This document shows positions 1-9,686 of a DNA stretch of 64,000 nt, piece by piece (the first letter of the stretch is position 1; the number at the start of each line of letters is the position of its first letter). Both the position numbers and the translations under genes were made by a program. The notes beneath the pieces were generated by a model. The model worked only from the letters and a program-made list of their open reading frames with translations, was not told the DNA's origin and ran no database searches. Source of the DNA: Bdellovibrionales bacterium (GTDB lineage: Bacteria > Bdellovibrionota > Bdellovibrionia > Bdellovibrionales > UBA1609); assembly GCA_041690295.1 (NCBI GenBank), contig JAWLHR010000003.1:96001-160000 (forward strand), written 5' to 3'.

Positions 1-1
1 T

Positions 2-97
2 CGTTCTCGAATGGCCGACAAAAACGGCCGTAAGGTTCTTTCACGTCGCCGCGCCAAGGGACGCAAACGTTTAACCGTGGATATTGGTGGCAAGTAG
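2..97 (+). CDS. rpmH: 50S ribosomal protein L34, 3' part (5' end outside window)
   Basis: Own translation [32 protein letters not shown]34 C-terminal signature; directly upstream of rnpA. Confidence 0.95.
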   Translation, partial: RSRMADKNGRKVLSRRRAKGRKRLTVDIGGK

Positions 98-452
98 TTC
101 TCGCTTTCGATCCCTCACGCGCCGGAGGGATTTTCTTGAATTAAGAGAAAAAGGCAAAGTCATGCATGTGAATGCGTGGATGCGAGTGGATTGGCGGCGC
201 AGCCCTAACACTTATGTGCGGTGCGGGTGGACCGTGCCTGGTTACGTGGGATCAGCGGTTCTGCGAAATCGATTTAAGCGTTGGGGACGTGAATATATGA
301 GGAAGTGGGCTCGTTCCCACTCCGTGGGATTGGATATGAACGTGGTATTAAAGCGCAAAGATCCCGAGTTTTATCGGTCTTTACGCCATAAGGAGTTCGT
401 TCGTGCACTGGAGACAATGGTGGGAAAGCTGCAACGATCGATGGGCTCGTAG
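84..452 (+). CDS. rnpA: Ribonuclease P protein component
   Basis: [11 protein letters not shown] (RNR motif); position in rpmH-rnpA-yidD-yidC. Confidence 0.92.
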   Translation: MVASSSRFRSLTRRRDFLELREKGKVMHVNAWMRVDWRRSPNTYVRCGWTVPGYVGSAVLRNRFKRWGREYMRKWARSHSVGLDMNVVLKRKDPEFYRSLRHKEFVRALETMVGKLQRSMGS

Positions 453-678
453 CGTGCGCGCAGCCGCTTTGTTCCTCATTCAAGTCTACCGCGTGAATTT
501 TTCTGGTTTGCTGGGCGGCATTTGCCGGTTTCAGCCGACTTGCTCCACTTACGCTAAGGAATGTTTTGAAACCCACCCGCCTTTAAGGGCCTTTTGGCTT
601 ACTCTGCGTCGTCTCGCGAAATGTCATCCGCTTGGACCATTTGGTTTTGATCCCGTGCCGGAAAGGAAATCGAAGTGA
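403..678 (+). CDS. yidD: Membrane protein insertion efficiency factor (start uncertain)
   Basis: CRFQPTCSTYA...RLAKCHP...GFDPVP signature. Confidence 0.93.
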   Translation: MHWRQWWESCNDRWARSVRAAALFLIQVYRVNFSGLLGGICRFQPTCSTYAKECFETHPPLRAFWLTLRRLAKCHPLGPFGFDPVPERKSK

Positions 679-2285
679 ACAACCAAGAGCAGCAGAATTT
701 CTTTGATTTGCGCACCATCCTGGCGGTGTTGCTCGTGGCCGTTACATTTGTTGGTTGGCAGTATTACATGCAAATGAAGTATCCCAACCTGGGTAAGAAA
801 ACGGCCCCGGTCACGACCGAATCAAAAACGGAAACCCCGGCGCCCTCTGTGGAGACCCAAGCCACCACGGAATCCATCTCCGAAGCCAAACCCGAATCCG
901 CTCGGCCGGTCGATGTTCCGGAAACCACGTTGACCTATGAGAATCCGAATTTCAGCTTTGAAATTTTGTCCCAGGGAATGGGGGTTCGGAACTTCAAAAT
1001 TCCGCAATACAAAGATCGCAAGGGCGAGGTGATTGAACTCGCTCATCCCACGTCGATGCTCGCGTTGGAAACACGCTTGTTGGGCACCGCTGAACCGCTC
1101 CCGTTTAAAATCGAAAAAATCAGCGACAATCACTTTGTCGGTAAAGCGCAGGTCGGCGGATTACAGATCACAAAAACCATGGAAGTGATCCCCGAGCGGT
1201 ATTTGTTGAACTTCAAAGTCGCCGTCTCCGGAACGGAAAATAAATTCATCGGCCTGACGACCGCGATGACCGACAGGGTTGAAAAGATCGAAGGTGGAAG
1301 TTTTCTTCTTCCTCAGTTTGAACGCCACGAATTTTTTGTTGAAACGGCCGAGACCGATGACCGTGTGATCTTCAGTAAAGAAGATCTTCAAGAATCATGG
1401 AATCGCACCCGAATCGCCTCGATTGGGACGCAATACTTCACTCAGGCGGTGATCGATAATTCGTCCGTCATGCCGGAAGCCAAAGCGCGTGTGGACCACA
1501 AAGCTCAGGAAGCGGACATTTTACTGAATTATTCGGCCTTGAACTCATCCGGTGAATTCAAACTGGAATATTCGGCGTTCATCGGACCCAAATCTTACAC
1601 GATCCTCAGTGAAGTGGATCAAGGGCTCGCTCGCGTGGTGGACTTCGGCTTTTTCGAGTCCATCGCCCGGCAGATTCTTTTGATGCTGAAATGGTTTTAC
1701 GGTTTGGTCGGAAACTGGGGCGTGGCGATCATTCTGCTGACGATCCTCGTTCGATTCCTGGTGCTTCCGTTCAATATATATTCTTACAAATCCATGAAGG
1801 CCATGCAGGTCATTCAACCCCAAATGCAAGCCATCCGCGAGAAATACAAGAATGACCAGGCTAAACAGCAGCAGGAAATCATGGCTTTAATGCGGGAACA
1901 TAAGGTCAATCCACTTGGTGGATGTTTACCGGTACTACTCCAATTCCCTATATTTATTGCATTATACCAGGTCCTCGGAAACAGTATTGAGCTGTATCAA
2001 GCCCCTTTTGGCCTCTGGATTCACGATCTTTCCTTGAAAGATCCCTATTACATCTTGCCCGTGTTAATGGGGCTCACTATCTTCATCCAGCAAAAGATCA
2101 CGCCGAATACGATGGATCCGGCGCAGGCTAAAATTATGATGATGATGCCGATACTTTTTACATTTTTCATGCTTTCGCTCCCCAGCGGTTTAACTCTCTA
2201 TATGTTCGTTGGGGCGGTGTTTAGCGTACTTCAACAACTGTATTTCATGCGGGATTCGAAACCGCTTTTGAAACCAAGGGGATAA
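675..2285 (+). CDS. yidC: Membrane protein insertase YidC
   Basis: N-terminal TM, periplasmic domain, GNWGVAII, NPLGGCLP, WIHDLS.DPYYILP. Confidence 0.97.
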   Translation: MNNQEQQNFFDLRTILAVLLVAVTFVGWQYYMQMKYPNLGKKTAPVTTESKTETPAPSVETQATTESISEAKPESARPVDVPETTLTYENPNFSFEILSQGMGVRNFKIPQYKDRKGEVIELAHPTSMLALETRLLGTAEPLPFKIEKISDNHFVGKAQVGGLQITKTMEVIPERYLLNFKVAVSGTENKFIGLTTAMTDRVEKIEGGSFLLPQFERHEFFVETAETDDRVIFSKEDLQESWNRTRIASIGTQYFTQAVIDNSSVMPEAKARVDHKAQEADILLNYSALNSSGEFKLEYSAFIGPKSYTILSEVDQGLARVVDFGFFESIARQILLMLKWFYGLVGNWGVAIILLTILVRFLVLPFNIYSYKSMKAMQVIQPQMQAIREKYKNDQAKQQQEIMALMREHKVNPLGGCLPVLLQFPIFIALYQVLGNSIELYQAPFGLWIHDLSLKDPYYILPVLMGLTIFIQQKITPNTMDPAQAKIMMMMPILFTFFMLSLPSGLTLYMFVGAVFSVLQQLYFMRDSKPLLKPRG

Positions 2286-2300
2286 ATAGGAGAATTGTCT

Positions 2301-2843
2301 ATGACGGGACTGTTAGGGAAGCTCTTCGGAAAGAAGACGAAAAAGGGTGAGGGACCTGAGGGATTGGTGGAAGAAATTCTCGGCCGCGTGATTGAATTGG
2401 GCCGTTTTGATCTTGGCTTTGAGGTAAAGACTCTCGCTGATGGCACGATTCACGCGGATATTTTCGGAAAAGACGAAGAGCTTTTAACTTCCAAAGAAGG
2501 TCAGCTGTTGGATGCTTTCCAACTTTATGTCCGGCGCGCGGTTCAACACCAGCTGCCCGATGACCCGATCACCGTGAATTTGGATTGCTCCAATTTCCGT
2601 GAAGAAGCCAATGAGGCGCTGATCGCTTTGGCCGAGAAATTGAAAGGCATTGCGCTTGAGAAAGGAAAGTCGGTTTACTTCCGGGCGTTGCCTCCCAAGG
2701 ATCGTAAGGTCATTCACCAATACCTTGCGGAAGATGGCCGAGTAAAAAGCCGCTCGATAGGCGAAGGCCATTTCAAGAAGATAAAAATATATCCGGCGAA
2801 GGAATCCGCTGAGCAACAAGATGAGGTCTTTGAACAGAGATAA
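2301..2843 (+). CDS. jag: Jag/KhpB-like KH-R3H RNA-binding protein (short, no obvious Jag-N domain)
   Basis: GQLLDAFQ KH-like segment and RKVIH R3H motif; downstream of yidC; AGGAG before ATG 2301 (TTG 2295 alternative). Confidence 0.85.
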   Translation: MTGLLGKLFGKKTKKGEGPEGLVEEILGRVIELGRFDLGFEVKTLADGTIHADIFGKDEELLTSKEGQLLDAFQLYVRRAVQHQLPDDPITVNLDCSNFREEANEALIALAEKLKGIALEKGKSVYFRALPPKDRKVIHQYLAEDGRVKSRSIGEGHFKKIKIYPAKESAEQQDEVFEQR

Positions 2844-4188
2844 AGACACAATTTGCGCCACGGCCACGGCGCACGGGATAGGGGCCATCTCAGTTATACG
2901 TATTAGCGGTACCGAGGCGGCGAAGATCACGCGCAAAATCGCCGCCTTCCTCCCCGAAAACTTGGAGTCTCATAAAATTTATTATGGTGTTTTACGGGAT
3001 AAATCAGGATCTCCAATCGATGAGGTCCTGTTGTCTTATTTCGCCAAAGGCCGAAGTTTTACCGGTGAAGAAACCATTGAAATTTCCTGTCACGGCAGCG
3101 AACTCGTCACCAGTGAAATCTTGCGTGAGCTTATCAGCAACGGCGCGAGGCTCGCTGAACGGGGTGAATTCACTTACCGTGCGTTCATGAACGGCCGGCT
3201 GGATTTGGTTCAAGCCGAAAGTGTATTGGCGTTGATTGAAAGCCGATCCAAGCGGGCCAGTTCGCTGGCGCTGCGGCAACTTCAAGGGGAACTATCCCGT
3301 CATTTAAAAGGTTTTGTTGATTCACTGACTTGGATTCTCGCTCAGCTGGAAGCCAATATTGATTTCGCCAGCGAAGACATCGTGATCGCTTCGAATGACC
3401 AATTGCGGTCGCGGGCGAGTCAGCTTTTGAGCGAGGTGGACAGATTGTTGCGAACTCACCGCACCGGTCGTGTGATTCGGAACGGTTACCAGGTGCTTTT
3501 GGTCGGCCGTCCGAATGCGGGAAAGTCGAGTTTGTTGAATTCACTGGTTGAAGAAGAGCGCGCGATTGTAACGCCCATCGCGGGAACGACGCGCGACTTT
3601 GTCGAAGCCGAATTGCAAGTGGAAGGCGCGCGGGTTTTATTAATTGATAGCGCCGGCTTGCGTGTGACCGATGATCCGGTTGAGAAGATCGGCGTTGAGC
3701 GTACATTGGCCAAAGTCAAAGAAGTGGATCTGGTCTTCTATGTGACTGATTCCTCGGAAGGGATCGGCGCGGAAGATCGCGAATTTTTCAGTCAGTGGGA
3801 TTGGGATCGTTGTGTCGTGGTGGCCAACAAGTCGGATCTTAATCCAGATTGGCAGTGGCGCGAGAACCTGAAACCGGTTTCGATTTTGAAAACCAGTGTG
3901 GTGAACCGCGAAGGGTTGCGGGAGTTGCGAGGAATTTTGGCGGAACGTATTCGAAATGAATTGGCCGAAGATTCGACTCTATTAATTCATGCCCGTCACC
4001 AGCAGAATCTAGAAATCCTTAAGCGAAGTCTTGAGGATGTCATTCCGATGCTTGAACGTGGTGAGAGCCCGGACTTGATCGCCCTGGAATTGCAGACCGG
4101 CCTTCAGGCTCTCTATGAAATCCTGGGTTTGACTTACGATGACCAAGTCATGGACCGGGTGTTTTCCGAGTTTTGTTTGGGGAAATAA
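2821..4188 (+). CDS. mnmE: tRNA modification GTPase MnmE
   Basis: [18 protein letters not shown], terminal FCLGK. Confidence 0.97.
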   Translation: MRSLNRDKDTICATATAHGIGAISVIRISGTEAAKITRKIAAFLPENLESHKIYYGVLRDKSGSPIDEVLLSYFAKGRSFTGEETIEISCHGSELVTSEILRELISNGARLAERGEFTYRAFMNGRLDLVQAESVLALIESRSKRASSLALRQLQGELSRHLKGFVDSLTWILAQLEANIDFASEDIVIASNDQLRSRASQLLSEVDRLLRTHRTGRVIRNGYQVLLVGRPNAGKSSLLNSLVEEERAIVTPIAGTTRDFVEAELQVEGARVLLIDSAGLRVTDDPVEKIGVERTLAKVKEVDLVFYVTDSSEGIGAEDREFFSQWDWDRCVVVANKSDLNPDWQWRENLKPVSILKTSVVNREGLRELRGILAERIRNELAEDSTLLIHARHQQNLEILKRSLEDVIPMLERGESPDLIALELQTGLQALYEILGLTYDDQVMDRVFSEFCLGK

Positions 4189-4189
4189 G

Positions 4190-6070
4190 ATGGCTCGCGA
4201 TTTTGACGTCATTGTTGTCGGAGCCGGACACGCGGGCATTGAGGCGGCCCTGGCCTGCGCTCGTTTGAATATGTCCACACTGGTGATCACGACCAACTTG
4301 GACCGCATTGGTTACATGAGCTGCAATCCTTCAATCGGCGGATTGGGCAAAGGTCACATGGTTCGTGAGATCGATGTCTTGGGTGGCGCGATGGGTGAGG
4401 CCGCGGATGCAACCTGCATTCAATTCAAGCGTCTGAACGCCCGCAAAGGTCCAGCCGTTCGTGGCTCACGGGCCCAATGCGATAAAGATCTTTACTGCGA
4501 ATTCATGGGTCGACGCCTGCAAAGCACTCCAAACATCCAGGTCATGCAGAACGAAGCCACCTCGTTAATCATTGAAAACGGAGTTTGCCGGGGTGTCGTC
4601 ACTCAAGACGGAGTTCGCATTCAATCGAAGGCTGTGGTGATCACCACCGGAACCTTCATGAATGGTGTGATGCACATTGGATTAAAGCGACTTCCCGGTG
4701 GACGAATTGGTGATCGAGCCACCAAGGGTATTTCGGATCAGTTGCGTGAGATGGGTTTCAAAGTCACTCGACTTAAGACCGGAACTCCGGCGCGGCTGGA
4801 GCGCGATTCGATTGATTGGTCGAAAACCATACCCCAATGGGGTGATGAGAAGTTTGTTCCCTTCTCAATGCTAAGCCCGAAGTCGCCCGCACTGCCCCAG
4901 GTGGCCTGCTATTTGAGTTACACCAATGAACAAACCCACGAGATCATCCGGCGTAACCTTGATAAATCACCTATGTTTCTTGGAATTATCGAGGGCATTG
5001 GGCCGCGTTATTGCCCAAGCATCGAGGACAAGGTCACCCGATTTGCGGATAAGGACAAGCATCAGACCTTTCTTGAGCCTGAGGGTTTGAATACGACATC
5101 TATATATTTGCAGGGAATTTCGACCAGTCTGCCGGAAGATGTTCAGTACGAATTTCTTCGGACCATTCCCGGGTTGGAAAATGTGAAGATGATTCGTCCC
5201 GGTTACGCGGTTGAATATGACTTCATCGAGCCGGAGCAGATTAAACACACGCTTGAAACCAAAGAGATTTCCGGTCTTTACCTTGCTGGTCAAATTAACG
5301 GAACAAGTGGATATGAGGAGGCCGCGGCTCAGGGTTTGGTGGCGGGCGCCAATGCCGCTCTTAAAATTTTGGATCGCGAGGAAATGATCTTGCGACGAGA
5401 TCAGGCCTATATCGGTGTTTTGATCGATGATTTGGTGACCAAAGGCACCAAAGAACCGTACCGAATGATGACCTCAAGGGCGGAGTTCCGGTTAGTTTTA
5501 AGAGAGGACAATACAATTGAGCGCTTAGCTGATGTCGGACGCCGTTTTGGTCTGACCGATTCGATCCGACTTGAGCGCGCGGGGGTGATTTTGACGCAGC
5601 GGGAACGCCTTTTGCGCCAGTTGGATGAAAGTGTTCTTGTGCCGAATGAGGAGACGCAAAATCAGCTCCGTGAAATGGGCACACCCGTATTGCAAAAACC
5701 CATAAAGGCCGCTGACTTACTTCGACGCGAAGAGATTGATTGTTTGGCTTTGAGACGTTTCGGATTGAATGTCCCAGAGGATGAGGACGTGTATGGACCG
5801 GTTGAGATTCATGTGAAGTACTCGGGTTACATCAAGCGTCAAAGTGAGATGATAGAACAGGCACGTAAACTGGAGAAAATGGGTCTACCATCCGATTTAG
5901 TGTATGAGGAGGTTCGCGGACTGTCTCGAGAAGAGATAGAGAAGCTAAATCGCGTTCGTCCACGTTCATTAGGGCAAGCGCAAAGAATCAGTGGGGTTAA
6001 CCCGTCCGCGATTCAGGCATTGTTGGTTTACCTCAAGGGTCGGAATCTTATAGAGGGGAGTTGCCCGTAA
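4190..6070 (+). CDS. mnmG: tRNA uridine 5-carboxymethylaminomethyl modification enzyme MnmG (GidA)
   Basis: [41 protein letters not shown] 4190 follows mnmE stop. Confidence 0.98.
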   Translation: MARDFDVIVVGAGHAGIEAALACARLNMSTLVITTNLDRIGYMSCNPSIGGLGKGHMVREIDVLGGAMGEAADATCIQFKRLNARKGPAVRGSRAQCDKDLYCEFMGRRLQSTPNIQVMQNEATSLIIENGVCRGVVTQDGVRIQSKAVVITTGTFMNGVMHIGLKRLPGGRIGDRATKGISDQLREMGFKVTRLKTGTPARLERDSIDWSKTIPQWGDEKFVPFSMLSPKSPALPQVACYLSYTNEQTHEIIRRNLDKSPMFLGIIEGIGPRYCPSIEDKVTRFADKDKHQTFLEPEGLNTTSIYLQGISTSLPEDVQYEFLRTIPGLENVKMIRPGYAVEYDFIEPEQIKHTLETKEISGLYLAGQINGTSGYEEAAAQGLVAGANAALKILDREEMILRRDQAYIGVLIDDLVTKGTKEPYRMMTSRAEFRLVLREDNTIERLADVGRRFGLTDSIRLERAGVILTQRERLLRQLDESVLVPNEETQNQLREMGTPVLQKPIKAADLLRREEIDCLALRRFGLNVPEDEDVYGPVEIHVKYSGYIKRQSEMIEQARKLEKMGLPSDLVYEEVRGLSREEIEKLNRVRPRSLGQAQRISGVNPSAIQALLVYLKGRNLIEGSCP

Positions 6071-6738
6071 TGAATGGGTCGCCACGACAGCCGAATGATG
6101 CTGATAACGCTATGTGGCGACTTGGTCAGTGGTTCCCTGACTTGCCTGAGAACATCCACACTTCATTGAAGACCTATCATTCAGAGCTTCTTAAGTTTAA
6201 TGGCAAGCTCAACCTGATTTCCCGGGCTACGGAGCGCGAAGCGGATGAAATTCACTTTGCTGACAGTCTTTCCGCTGTCCAGATGATTTTGGCCACTGGA
6301 ATTAAGAGTGACGTTTATGATGTGGGCTCAGGAAATGGACTTCCCGGAGTTGTTTTGGGTGTAGTTAGCCCAAGCACGAAGGTTTTCCTGGTTGAGAGTG
6401 ATATGAGGAAGGGTGAATTCCTAAAGCATATCATTCACACGCTCCACCTCTCGAATGTGAGTGTATTGAGTGCTCGGCTGGAATCCTTGAAGGATACCGA
6501 TATTCAGGTCGGAGTTGCGCGAGGTTTTGCTTCGATTGCGAAGACTTTGTTGGTTTGCAATCGGCTTTTTGCCAAGGGTGGCCGATTTTTCCATCTAAAA
6601 GGGGCCACTTGGTCTCGGGAGATCGCTGATATTCCGTCGCAACTCATTTCAGTATGGGCGCCGGAGTTGATTGGCGAATACTCATTGCCGGTGAGCCAAG
6701 CTCGTCGCGCTGTCGTCTGCACGACCAAAACAGCTTAG
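6070..6738 (+). CDS. rsmG: 16S rRNA m7G527 methyltransferase RsmG (GidB)
   Basis: HFADS, DVGSGNGLPG SAM motif; TAATG coupling to mnmG. Confidence 0.93.
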   Translation: MNGSPRQPNDADNAMWRLGQWFPDLPENIHTSLKTYHSELLKFNGKLNLISRATEREADEIHFADSLSAVQMILATGIKSDVYDVGSGNGLPGVVLGVVSPSTKVFLVESDMRKGEFLKHIIHTLHLSNVSVLSARLESLKDTDIQVGVARGFASIAKTLLVCNRLFAKGGRFFHLKGATWSREIADIPSQLISVWAPELIGEYSLPVSQARRAVVCTTKTA

Positions 6739-6742
6739 GGAA

Positions 6743-6758
6743 TGTTCCACGTGGAACA
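6743..6758. other. parS centromere site 1 (TGTTCCACGTGGAACA)
   Basis: Perfect 16-bp parS-type palindrome, extended to 20 bp (6741-6760); parAB nearby. Confidence 0.97.
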
Positions 6759-6780
6759 TTTTGAGGTCACCTATCCCCGA

Positions 6781-6796
6781 TGTTCCACGTGGAACA
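6781..6796. other. parS centromere site 2 (TGTTCCACGTGGAACA)
   Basis: Identical 16-mer, extended to a 22-bp palindrome (6778-6799). Confidence 0.97.
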
Positions 6797-6803
6797 TCGA
6801 AAA

Positions 6804-7328
6804 TTAGTGTCCCGAACTTGATTGAGTCTCAGATTTTTCTGAATTTTCGGCTTCAGAGGCCTTGGATAGTCGATCTTGGAGCTTGGGTACTCGTGAATTC
6901 CAATTTAAATTCACTTCGCGCATGCGAATATTCACTGAATAGTCAGAATACTCACGTGGGTCAGGCCACTCTTTACCTGCGGCTTTAGCCTCTCGCGCGG
7001 AAATCTTATCCATGACTTTCCGCCGATCCGCTCGAATTCGGAAATATTTGGCCATCTGCTCATTGTGAACGATCGCCTTTTCTGTCTTTGCAATCTCTCT
7101 TCGGATGTCCTTCATGTCCATGGAGTTCGGCTCAATTTTTTCCAGCTTCTCGCGAAGCTCCTTCAACTTCACCTTGGACTCCTCATAGCCCTTCTGATGA
7201 TCAGTGGCTCGCTTATCAAGGTCCTTCCAAATGGGATCGCGCAAATGAGGATTGGGATCCTCACCACTACAGCCCGTGGCAACAAGCACCGTGCAAAAAA
7301 TTAAGAACGCCGTGAAAAAACCACTCAT
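6804..7328 (-). CDS. Hypothetical coiled-coil lipoprotein
   Basis: Signal peptide with lipobox VATG-C; K/E-rich heptad region; 174 aa. Confidence 0.8.
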   Translation of the reverse strand: MSGFFTAFLIFCTVLVATGCSGEDPNPHLRDPIWKDLDKRATDHQKGYEESKVKLKELREKLEKIEPNSMDMKDIRREIAKTEKAIVHNEQMAKYFRIRADRRKVMDKISAREAKAAGKEWPDPREYSDYSVNIRMREVNLNWNSRVPKLQDRLSKASEAENSEKSETQSSSGH

Positions 7329-7359
7329 TTTAACTGGACTGCTCCCTCGCTACATGGAA

Positions 7360-7386
7360 GAATCGGCAGAGATTGATTGATAATTA
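7360..7386 (-). promoter_or_regulatory. Putative sigma28 (FliA)-type promoter of the lipoprotein gene
   Basis: Minus strand TAAT-N15-GCCGATTC versus consensus TAAA-N15-GCCGATAA. Confidence 0.55.
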
Positions 7387-7408
7387 AGTCAACATCATCG
7401 AGGAATTC

Positions 7409-8257
7409 ATGGCGAGAATCATCTGTGTGGCTAATCAAAAGGGTGGAGTAGGCAAAACCACGACTTCAGTCAATCTTGCCGCGGCGCTTACTGAGTTAGG
7501 CAAGCGAGTACTCATAGTAGACATGGACCCTCAGGGCAACGCGTCAAGTGGGCTTGGTGTCAAGAGATATGAAAATCAAGAGAAGAATATCTACCAAGTC
7601 CTCATCGGCGAGAAGACTATCCACGTGGCTATTCAGAATACTCAAGTGAATAACCTGGACATTGTTCCAGCGAATCCCGATTTGGTGGGCGCGGAAATCG
7701 AATTGGTCGATATGCCTCATCGTGAATATCGACTTAAGTCCGCCCTCAATGAGGTTCGTGATCGTTACTCCTATATATTAATAGACTGTCCGCCAAGCCT
7801 GGGTCTACTGACAGTGAACTCATTGTCGGCGGCGGAAACATTTTTGGTTCCGCTGCAATGTGAGTACTACGCTCTCGAAGGACTGTCGCAGCTGTTGAAT
7901 ACAGCCGGCCTGATTAAAAAGAGTCTGAATCCAGACCTTCGCATAGAGGGAATCGTACTTACGATGTTCGATGCCCGAAATAATCTTTCCCACCAGGTGG
8001 TGTCTGAAATTCAGTCCCATTTCCAAGACAAAGTTTTCAATGCAATCATCCCGCGGAATGTTCGCTTGAGCGAGGCACCAAGCCACGGCCAGACGATTTT
8101 CCAGTACGATCCCAAATCACTCGGAGCACGTAAATATAAGGAGTTGGCGGAAGAACTGGACCGACGTGTGTATGGTGTGATGAATGTCACTCCACAAGCT
8201 CAGCCCGAGGAGATGGATCCAACACCCACAGTTCATGATGGAGAAGTTCATGTCTGA
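7409..8257 (+). CDS. parA: Chromosome partitioning ATPase ParA/Soj
   Basis: KGGVGKTT deviant Walker A, DPQGNAS, DCPPSLG, IPRNVRLSEAPSHG. Confidence 0.97.
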   Translation: MARIICVANQKGGVGKTTTSVNLAAALTELGKRVLIVDMDPQGNASSGLGVKRYENQEKNIYQVLIGEKTIHVAIQNTQVNNLDIVPANPDLVGAEIELVDMPHREYRLKSALNEVRDRYSYILIDCPPSLGLLTVNSLSAAETFLVPLQCEYYALEGLSQLLNTAGLIKKSLNPDLRIEGIVLTMFDARNNLSHQVVSEIQSHFQDKVFNAIIPRNVRLSEAPSHGQTIFQYDPKSLGARKYKELAEELDRRVYGVMNVTPQAQPEEMDPTPTVHDGEVHV

Positions 8258-9251
8258 GAACGTGCAGGCGACGAGAACAAATCAAAAAAGTAAGGGACTT
8301 GGCCGAGGTCTTGGAAGTTTGCTCGGCCCGACCAATGAGGGCGCGTTTTCCAAAACATCGGTGGTCAATCAGGTGGTCGAAGAAGTCACAGCGAAAATCG
8401 AAGCGAATCAACAGTCGGAACCGGCCATAAGTCAGGGAATCATGGAGTCCATTCCCGAGGGCTCACGGATCTGGCACATCGCCATTGAAAATGTTGAGCC
8501 CAATCCGGATCAGCCACGCCAAGTGTTTAATAAAGAAGCCCTGGCCGAGCTCGCCAATTCCATTAGAGAAAAGGGAATCATCCAGCCCTTGCTCGTGCGC
8601 AAAAAAGAAGATGGCAAATTCGAAATCATCGCCGGCGAGCGGAGATGGCGAGCGGCCCAATTAGCGGGATTAAAAGAGGTCCCTGCCCTTATAAAAACCA
8701 GTGAGGACCAAGAAGTTCTTGAGCTGGCGCTGATTGAGAACATTCAGCGGGAAAACTTAAATCCCATTGAAGAAGCCGAAGCCTATGATTTTCTGATTAA
8801 AAAATATAACCTGACCCAAAATGACCTTGCGCAAAAGGTGGGTAAAGAGCGGGCTACGATCACGAACGTTCTGCGTTTGCTGCAATTGCAACCGGGGGTT
8901 CGCGAAATGGTCTCCCGAGGTGAAATTTCCCTGGGTCAGGCTAAAGTGCTTCTCTCGTTGACCGACGCCCAGCTCCAAGTTGATTGGGCGAAAAAGGCCA
9001 AAGAAGAAAGCTTGAGTGTGCGGGAGCTGGAAAAGCGAGTCGCCAAGGCCAAATCCGGTGAAGTGGAAAAAGTTGAAGATAGCGTGAGAACCCGGGCGGC
9101 CGCTGACCTCGCCGAGGAGTTACAAAAATTGATCGGCTCAAAGGTCGCGATCGATTATAATGCGGGTAAAGGTCGAATTGTGATTCACTTTTACTCGGAT
9201 GAAGAGCTGAATCAGATCGCCGATACTTTGAGGGATTCATGGCGCAACTAG
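8250..9251 (+). CDS. parB: Chromosome partitioning protein ParB
   Basis: KGLGRGL N-terminal peptide, QPR, GERRWRA CTPase motif, ENIQRENL; GGAG before ATG 8250. Confidence 0.97.
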   Translation: MSENVQATRTNQKSKGLGRGLGSLLGPTNEGAFSKTSVVNQVVEEVTAKIEANQQSEPAISQGIMESIPEGSRIWHIAIENVEPNPDQPRQVFNKEALAELANSIREKGIIQPLLVRKKEDGKFEIIAGERRWRAAQLAGLKEVPALIKTSEDQEVLELALIENIQRENLNPIEEAEAYDFLIKKYNLTQNDLAQKVGKERATITNVLRLLQLQPGVREMVSRGEISLGQAKVLLSLTDAQLQVDWAKKAKEESLSVRELEKRVAKAKSGEVEKVEDSVRTRAAADLAEELQKLIGSKVAIDYNAGKGRIVIHFYSDEELNQIADTLRDSWRN

Positions 9252-9580
9252 AGGCCGTGAACGCGGTCACTGCACTTTTGGAGAAAGGCGCGTCGTTTGA
9301 CGGGCGGTTGACGTTCGAGGGCACCGTTCGCATCGGCGGTCATTTTCGTGGTGAGATCTTTACCAACGATACCCTTGTAATAAATCCAGGCGCTCAGGTT
9401 GAGGCCCAGATCGAGGCCGAAACCGTCATCATTTCCGGTGCTGTGAAGGGAAATATCTTCGCCCGCCGACGGGTGATCATGCATCCCCCGGCGATTTTCC
9501 AGGGGACGGTGACGACCCCTTCGCTCAGGATTGATGAAGGAGTCCTCTTCGAAGGGGCCTCATATATGCCGAAGAATTAA
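9239..9580 (+). CDS. Bactofilin (polymer-forming cytoskeletal protein)
   Basis: Beta-helix repeats (FDGRLTF.G.VRIGG.F.GEI...IISGAVKGNI...LRIDEG..FEG); overlaps parB end. Confidence 0.9.
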   Translation: MAQLEAVNAVTALLEKGASFDGRLTFEGTVRIGGHFRGEIFTNDTLVINPGAQVEAQIEAETVIISGAVKGNIFARRRVIMHPPAIFQGTVTTPSLRIDEGVLFEGASYMPKN

Positions 9581-9686
9581 TTTACACTTCCCTTCCTGTC
9601 TTATATACAGTCTCGAGCTGCGGCAAATACCGCCCCGATGGCGGACCTGCAGCTGAATTCAAACTATTTAAGGATTTGGAAACCCA

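Noticed and set aside
7620..7628. TCCACGTGG parS-like core inside parA
   Set aside because: Only the central core matches; the TGTT/AACA arms are absent
9620..9655. GGCAAA..GGAC resemblance to a c-di-GMP-I riboswitch
   Set aside because: No GNRA tetraloop, second GCAAA or P3 receptor stem; kept only as a generic structured leader
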